From contig CBDDCA010000003.1 of assembly GCA_965226055.1 (NCBI GenBank), positions 32,001 through 96,000 on the forward strand: 64,000 bases of DNA. The letters are read 5' to 3'. The DNA is from Spirochaetia bacterium (GTDB taxonomy: Bacteria > Spirochaetota > Spirochaetia > WTKD01 > G963693115). Positions within the stretch are counted from its first letter, which is position 1. Every line of letters begins with the position of its first letter. The notes under the pieces are model-generated. The model was not told where the DNA came from and made no database searches. It worked only from the letters and a program-made list of their open reading frames with translations. Positions 58,309 through 64,000 of the stretch are shown here, one piece after another. A program made the position numbers and the translations under genes.

Positions 58309-59418
58309 TTATATTTGATGATAGAGAATGTATACGTATAGTATAAATGTGCTTATAAATACAAGAGCAATTATTTTCTGTATATATACTTTTTTTATCA
58401 TGAGCAATAAAAGTGCTGCATTTGATATAAGTAGCAATATGCTTTCAGAAGAAAAATGATGCATATTGTCTATAGGTGAAATAAGGGCTGTACTTCCAAT
58501 AATAAGCAGGATATTTATAATATTGCTTCCTAATATATTGCCTTCTCCAATATCAGAAAAATTTGTAGTACCACTCTTTTTGTTCTTACGAAAATACATA
58601 ATAACAAGAGGAATAATTGCAGCGAGTATAATAAAGAGTTCAGGAATACTTGTTCCTAATGATACTATAAGGAGTCCTACTATTTTTTCACTGATACCAA
58701 AGCGTTTTGCTAACTCGATAATGCTGGATAAAAATATTTCGGATGCAACATATAATAAAACAGTTCCCCCTATTACTCCAACAGTGGCAATGCATACTTG
58801 TATTATGTTGTTACGTGAGAATAAATGTTTTGTAGAGATATGTTGTTCTTCTTTCTCTACAGTATGAGTACGCGGAGTGTGTGGCAATTTATTGTTATCA
58901 GAATTTTCTGTGTTACTATGCCATACTTTGTTATGAGAGCCTTTGTTTGCAATAAGTAAATGATAAAAATATAATAGTAGGCCTAATAAAAAAAATACCC
59001 CTATCCACCATGGTATTGTGTTGATACTTTTTATTGTGGTTATATAAATAATACTGTTGAGTATACTTACTAATAAAATATTTTTAATTGAAATGCTAGA
59101 TATTTGTGAAGAAAAGAGCAAATATATCCCGTAAATTAAAAGTGAATTAAAAAGATTACTTCCTATGACATTTGCTACTGGTATATATGTTAGCCTTGAA
59201 AAAGCTGCATTTATGGAAACAAAAAACTCTGGCATTGATGTTGCTAGAGCAACCACTGTAAGACCAATAATATATTGTCGTATGTGCAATAATTTTGCAA
59301 AAAGAACACTTCCTTTTAATAGAGAAAGACTTCCTAAGTACAATATAACAATACTGAAAAAGAATAATACCAGTAATAAAAAATTTGAAGAAGATATATA
59401 AAAAGGCTGATGTAACAT
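58309..59418 (-). CDS. Ca2+/Na+ antiporter (YrbG family)
   Basis: Two alpha repeats: ATSMPE...NVIGSN and GTSIPE...GNILGSN. Start moved to ATG 59418 because the longer ORF overlaps the tRNA. Confidence 0.88.
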   Translation of the reverse strand: MLHQPFYISSSNFLLLVLFFFSIVILYLGSLSLLKGSVLFAKLLHIRQYIIGLTVVALATSMPEFFVSINAAFSRLTYIPVANVIGSNLFNSLLIYGIYLLFSSQISSISIKNILLVSILNSIIYITTIKSINTIPWWIGVFFLLGLLLYFYHLLIANKGSHNKVWHSNTENSDNNKLPHTPRTHTVEKEEQHISTKHLFSRNNIIQVCIATVGVIGGTVLLYVASEIFLSSIIELAKRFGISEKIVGLLIVSLGTSIPELFIILAAIIPLVIMYFRKNKKSGTTNFSDIGEGNILGSNIINILLIIGSTALISPIDNMHHFSSESILLLISNAALLLLMIKKVYIQKIIALVFISTFILYVYILYHQI

Positions 59419-59427
59419 GAAGTTATT

Positions 59428-59500
59428 TGGGTGAAGAGGGACTTGAACCCACGACATCCTGCTTGTAAGGCAGGCACTCTACCAGCTGAGTTATTCACCC
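59428..59500 (-). tRNA. tRNA-Val(TAC), CCA not encoded
   Basis: GGGTGAATAACTCAGCTGGTAGAGTGCCTGCCTTACAAGCAGGATGTCGTGGGTTCAAGTCCCTCTTCACCCA: full cloverleaf, anticodon TAC. Confidence 0.97.
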
Positions 59501-59510
59501 ATATAATAGT

Positions 59511-59539
59511 ATTATAGAGTATATAGTAAATTATGTCTA
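59511..59539 (-). promoter_or_regulatory. Sigma70 promoter of tRNA-Val
   Basis: Minus strand TAGACA-17 bp-TATAAT, 10 nt before the tRNA. Confidence 0.7.
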
Positions 59540-59606
59540 TATTTCTCTCTATTTTTTACTGAGATATTTGTTTCTTATATATTACCACTAATTATAAAAA
59601 TAGTTT

Positions 59607-60542
59607 TTATCGTTTGTTTCGTATTTTATCAATAATAACGGCAATAATAATAACTATTCCTTTTATTACCGATTGCCAAAAATCTGATACCTGCATAAGA
59701 GTTAAGCCGTTATCCAACATTCCTATAATAAGCGCTCCAATAAGTGTACCGCCTATGCCACCTATGCCTCCAACAAAACTTGTGCCTCCTAAAATTACTG
59801 CAGCAATAGCATCAAGTTCAGCACCTCTGCCTAGAAACCCATTTGCACTATACAATCTACTTGATACCATCACTCCTGTCAGTCCTGCACAAAGTCCACT
59901 AATAGCATACACAGAGACTAGTACTTTTTTGACAGGAATACCAGTAAGTTTTGCAGCTTCTAAATTTCCCCCTATAGAATATATCCATATTCCTAGTACT
60001 GTTTTTCGAAGTACTATCCAACATACAAATATTAACAGAAGAGAAATAATAATGAGCCACGGTATTCCAATGATACTGGAGTTTGCTACCCATGCATAAC
60101 TTAAATCATTGTTGATAATTGTAGTACCGTTAGCAAGTAAAAATGCTACTCCACTTAAAGAAGTAAGTCCTCCAAGAGTAACAATAAAAGGTGGTAAGTC
60201 TACATACGCAATAAGTATTCCTACCAATACTCCTATAAGTCCTCCTACTAATATGGCTATGATTGGAGCAAAAGGCGTAATTGTTGAAAACAGTAATGAG
60301 ATTACTGCCGTTACTGCCATCAATGATCCAACAGATAAATCAATGCCTCCTGTGAGTATTACAATAGTCATACCGCTTGCTAATACTATATTGATAGCTG
60401 TTTGCATAAACACATTTCTAAAGTTATTTATACTAAAAAAATTTTCGTTTAATACTGTAAAAATTATTATTATCAATAGTAGTACTGGTAACATACCGAG
60501 TGATTTCAATAATTTTGTATAATTTTGTTTTTGTAAAAGCAT
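59607..60542 (-). CDS. Ribose-type monosaccharide ABC permease (RbsC-like)
   Basis: TGGIDLSVGS, PPFIVTLG, GGNLEAAKLTGI, ELDAIAAVILGGTS. Confidence 0.93.
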   Translation of the reverse strand: MLLQKQNYTKLLKSLGMLPVLLLIIIIFTVLNENFFSINNFRNVFMQTAINIVLASGMTIVILTGGIDLSVGSLMAVTAVISLLFSTITPFAPIIAILVGGLIGVLVGILIAYVDLPPFIVTLGGLTSLSGVAFLLANGTTIINNDLSYAWVANSSIIGIPWLIIISLLLIFVCWIVLRKTVLGIWIYSIGGNLEAAKLTGIPVKKVLVSVYAISGLCAGLTGVMVSSRLYSANGFLGRGAELDAIAAVILGGTSFVGGIGGIGGTLIGALIIGMLDNGLTLMQVSDFWQSVIKGIVIIIAVIIDKIRNKR

Positions 60543-62065
60543 TATATTGTTTCTCCTGATTCTTTATGGGTACATAATGTCATAATATATTCCTGAGTGA
60601 TAGCGTTTTTATCAGTAATATCTCCCACTAAACTCCCCTCTCGCATTACTAATACTCTGTCTGATAAATGGATAATCTCAGGTAACTCACTTGAAATAAT
60701 AATGATAAGTGTGCCTTGTCTAGCGAGCTTTTTGATGATTTTATATATTTCATGTTTAGCACCAATATCTATGCCTCTTGTGGGTTCATCTAATATCAAT
60801 ACTTTAGGTGCTATATTGAGCCATCGTGCTAATAAAATCTTTTGTTGATTTCCTCCTGAAAGTTCATCTACTTTTGTCGACTTGGTTGTTTTGATATTTA
60901 GTTCCTCTATAGACCGTTCTGCTATTGCATCATTGATTTTATTGTTGATAAATATGTTGATATACGCATTATCTCTCTGTTTATTTTCCACAATATTCTC
61001 TAGTGAATTCATGTCTAAAAATAAGCCTTGTAGCTTTCTGTCTTCAGGTACCATTCCTATACCATACTTGATAGCATCTATAGGACTTTTTATAGAAAGT
61101 TTTTCTTCGTTTAAGTAGACTGAACCTTGTTTTAAGGTATCTGCTCCAAATAGTAGTCTTGCAAGTTCACTTCTGCCTGATCCTATTAAGCCTGAAATAC
61201 CAATGACTTGTCCAGAGGATAGCTCACATGATATATTTTTTACAAAGCCAGATTCATCGTGTATATTTTCTAGTTTTAGACGAGTTTGTAATTTCCCATT
61301 GTTTTCTTGTGTACTGCTATCTTGTTCATCATAAAACGAAGAAATAGTTCTTCCTACCATCATATAGATAATTTTTTCTATGTCTTGTACTTGAGATTCA
61401 CCAATATACTTACCATCACGTAATACCGCAACTCTGTCTGCAATCTTTTCTATTTCATCCATTTTGTGACTAATAAAAATAATAGTTATGCCCTGTGATT
61501 GTAATGATTGGATAAGCTCAAAAAGATTTTTCACTTCTTTATCGCTTAATGAGGCTGTTGGCTCATCCATAATAATAAGATTGCTATTATGAGAAATGGC
61601 TCTTGCTATTTCTATTTGTTGTCTCTGAGCAATACTCAGAATGCCTGCTTTATCTGTTGCAGAAAAATCAGCTTTAAGGGTACGAAGTATTTCATCTGCT
61701 TTTGTTATCATGCTCTTTTTATCTAAGAATCCCCATGACTGCGTTTCATTTCCCATGAAGATATTTTCCATAACAGTAATGTTAGGAGCTATACTAAGCT
61801 CCTGATAAATAAGAGAGATTCCTATGCTTCTGACATATGATAGAGAAAATTGCTCATATGGTTTCCCCTTAAAAAGCAAGATCCCCTTATCTATATCTGG
61901 AGTATATACTCCAGATATAATTTTCATAAGGGTACTTTTTCCTGCTCCATTTTCACCAGATAGAGCAAGCACCTCACCTTTATATACTTTCATAGAAACA
62001 TCATCAAGCACCTTGATTGGACCAAAGCTTTTACTAATATTTCTAATTTCTAATATAGTTTCCAT
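60542..62065 (-). CDS. Ribose-type monosaccharide ABC ATPase (RbsA-like)
   Basis: GENGAGKST, DEPT, PEDRK, LSGGNQQK. Confidence 0.95.
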   Translation of the reverse strand: METILEIRNISKSFGPIKVLDDVSMKVYKGEVLALSGENGAGKSTLMKIISGVYTPDIDKGILLFKGKPYEQFSLSYVRSIGISLIYQELSIAPNITVMENIFMGNETQSWGFLDKKSMITKADEILRTLKADFSATDKAGILSIAQRQQIEIARAISHNSNLIIMDEPTASLSDKEVKNLFELIQSLQSQGITIIFISHKMDEIEKIADRVAVLRDGKYIGESQVQDIEKIIYMMVGRTISSFYDEQDSSTQENNGKLQTRLKLENIHDESGFVKNISCELSSGQVIGISGLIGSGRSELARLLFGADTLKQGSVYLNEEKLSIKSPIDAIKYGIGMVPEDRKLQGLFLDMNSLENIVENKQRDNAYINIFINNKINDAIAERSIEELNIKTTKSTKVDELSGGNQQKILLARWLNIAPKVLILDEPTRGIDIGAKHEIYKIIKKLARQGTLIIIISSELPEIIHLSDRVLVMREGSLVGDITDKNAITQEYIMTLCTHKESGETI

Positions 62066-62091
62066 GTACTATGAATAGTTCTAATATAGTT

Positions 62092-63048
62092 CTAATTTGG
62101 TACATCCCAACCGTCATAGCTGTCTATATTATCTTTTGTAATCAATGTTACTGGTACTAATATTGTATCTTCTGCAGGAGGACTGCTGTTATTTACTGCT
62201 ATATCGTATCCAACTTCTACTGCTGTTTCTGTCATTAGATATGGATCTTGTGCAGCTGTTGCAAGAAAAATAGAATCTGGATCTTTTAAGGCTACTACTG
62301 CATCAGGAGAACCATCAACTCCTACTATAAATAGTTCATTTTCTCTTTTTGCTTGTTTTACTGCTAATTCTGCACCAATGCCTGTAGGATCATTAATTGC
62401 AAATACAGCATCAATAGAGTCAAATGCAGTAAGAAGATCTGTCATAACTTTGAGCCCGCCTTCCCTACTTCCTCCTGCGTTTTGATTATCTGAAAGGATG
62501 GTAATATCAGGGTATTGAGCAAATACATCTTTCGCTCCTCTTACTCTGTCTATCACTGCAGTGACTGGTGGGCCATTGATGATGACTACATTGCCTTTTC
62601 CATTGAGTCTTTTTGCTAAAAATTCTGCTGGTAAATATCCTGCTTGATAGTTATCGGATGTTACAGTGACATCAACTCCTCCGTCTGCTCCCACATCTGC
62701 AGCAATAATGGTAAGCCCTGCTGCTTTTGCTCTTTTTACTGCAGGGGCTATTCCTTTTGTGTCTGCTGCATTTAATATGATAATTTTTACTCCTCCTGCA
62801 ATAAAATTATCAATCTGACTCACCTGCTTATTCAAATCATATGAACTGGATAAGAGCGTAAGAGATGCTTTATTATCAGTAAGTTGGTTTAGCTTATCCT
62901 CTGCTCCTTTTCCCATTGTGTAGAAAAAAGGGTTTCCTAGATCTCCTACTGTCATGCCTACTTTCAATTCTTCTGATTTTTTAGCACAGCTAATAAATAC
63001 GCTCAATACCATTAGTGTTACTAACAAAGATATAATTATCTTTTTCAT
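62092..63048 (-). CDS. Ribose-type monosaccharide-binding lipoprotein (RbsB-like)
   Basis: Lipobox FISC, NPFF, SDNYQAG, FAIND, VGVDG; GAGGAG RBS. Confidence 0.92.
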   Translation of the reverse strand: MKKIIISLLVTLMVLSVFISCAKKSEELKVGMTVGDLGNPFFYTMGKGAEDKLNQLTDNKASLTLLSSSYDLNKQVSQIDNFIAGGVKIIILNAADTKGIAPAVKRAKAAGLTIIAADVGADGGVDVTVTSDNYQAGYLPAEFLAKRLNGKGNVVIINGPPVTAVIDRVRGAKDVFAQYPDITILSDNQNAGGSREGGLKVMTDLLTAFDSIDAVFAINDPTGIGAELAVKQAKRENELFIVGVDGSPDAVVALKDPDSIFLATAAQDPYLMTETAVEVGYDIAVNNSSPPAEDTILVPVTLITKDNIDSYDGWDVPN

Positions 63049-63197
63049 GCTTCCTCCTCAATATATAAATAACTTATTATATATAGTATAGCATAAAATA
63101 TTCTGTGAATGTTTTATATGTTTGCAAGTTCAAGTATTAAATGTGAAAAAAAGAAGAAAAATAGGATGCTGTACTTAGTCTTTTTAATTGCAATTTT

Positions 63198-64000
63198 TTA
63201 TACAAACATTCTTTGTAATAGGCCTTTCTTATACAGCTTTGTAAGTGCTACTTGTTTCTGTGTGAGCGATATTTTTGTGTCAAGGCTCTGCAGAAAAGAG
63301 GCTATCTTTTGTTGTTCGGGGAGGGTGGGAAGTAATACTTTTTCTTGAGAATAATCCTTAAAATATATATGAGGAATAACACTTCCAATAATATATTTTG
63401 AAAATACAATTCTTTGTAATACACTGTATAAAAAATATACATTAATTTTTTCTTTTTTTGGTTTAATTATATCGAGTGTTCCTAAAACAGAAGAATACGG
63501 TGAGCAGAGATGTATTTTTCCTACTGCACCATCTTTTACTATTGCTACATAAGGTTCTGTTTCTCTAAAAAAATCTACTCTTTTAATCTCTCCCGCTGCC
63601 CCATAAACAGCATATGTTCCTCTTAATTCTTTCAAACTATCTAGGGTAATATCAGAAGATACTTTAGTTACTACCTCCCCCAGCCTCCTCTCTTCCCAAT
63701 CGGGATACTCGTTTCCTTGATCGTCCTTAAAGCGTAGCTCCTGTGAAAAGAGTTTTTGCATGATGCCTTTTTTGTATGACTGCAATAGCACTACTTTTCT
63801 TTCAAGGAGCTGTATCTTTGTGTCTACACTCTGCAGAAAAGATGCTATCTTTTGTTGTTCAGGGAGGGTGGGACTGTAAAACTTTGTATTAGAGATAATA
63901 CTATTGTAAAGTCTTTGTATTGTCCCTCCTTCTGAATCATATCTGACTATTTGATATATGTAGTACAAAAAAACATTGTAAACTAATTTTTCATCATTTT
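63198..64000 (-). CDS. hsdS: Type I restriction-modification specificity subunit (5' part outside the window)
   Basis: Two PTLPEQQKIASFL motifs, KKGIMQKLFSQELRF..., C-terminal KKGLLQRMFV. Frame stays open to the window edge. Confidence 0.92.
   Translation of the reverse strand, partial: NDEKLVYNVFLYYIYQIVRYDSEGGTIQRLYNSIISNTKFYSPTLPEQQKIASFLQSVDTKIQLLERKVVLLQSYKKGIMQKLFSQELRFKDDQGNEYPDWEERRLGEVVTKVSSDITLDSLKELRGTYAVYGAAGEIKRVDFFRETEPYVAIVKDGAVGKIHLCSPYSSVLGTLDIIKPKKEKINVYFLYSVLQRIVFSKYIIGSVIPHIYFKDYSQEKVLLPTLPEQQKIASFLQSLDTKISLTQKQVALTKLYKKGLLQRMFV

Noticed and set aside
59428-59500. tRNA-Val as the integration site of the R-M/TPR island
   Set aside because: I found no duplicated tRNA 3' end and no integrase, and housekeeping-type genes lie between the tRNA and the island.

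Overview
AT-rich bacterial chromosome segment, almost certainly from a spirochaete. The tmk/tamB-bamA-skp-mutS order, the cmk-rpsA fusion and the lipoprotein signal peptides support this. FN3, DUF285 and TPR expansions suggest a host-associated lineage (inference). Layout: (1) 1-8.8 kb, an uncharacterised catabolic locus (HisD-family paralogue, SDR, three double-SnoaL proteins, sugar-type ABC transporter) interrupted by a 1.3-kb insert between 29-bp direct repeats. (2) 9.5-26.3 kb, a 16.8-kb island of FN3-repeat surface proteins. (3) 26.4-52 kb, core genes (yebC-ruvCAB, tmk, tamB-bamA-skp-mutS, prs, recA-scpAB-rluB-cmk/rpsA, GAF-AAA+ regulator). (4) 52-57.3 kb, a defence-type island (TPR + DUF2971-like, type II R-M). 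(5) mazG, Ca/Na antiporter, tRNA-Val, a ribose-type ABC transporter and a partial hsdS. The best candidate for an undescribed system is the FN3 island. It reads as three tandem cassettes delimited by four direct copies of a 39-bp att-like site arranged like attL/attP/attP/attR. Each cassette starts with a homologous promoter, two of which have a poly-T tract as the -35/-10 spacer (17 vs 19 bp). The tip domains differ between genes, and one tip pair differs by 19 substitutions that are all in amino-acid-changing codons, 17 involving adenine. No recombinase or reverse transcriptase is encoded in the window, so the mechanisms are inferred. All alignments and counts were done by eye.
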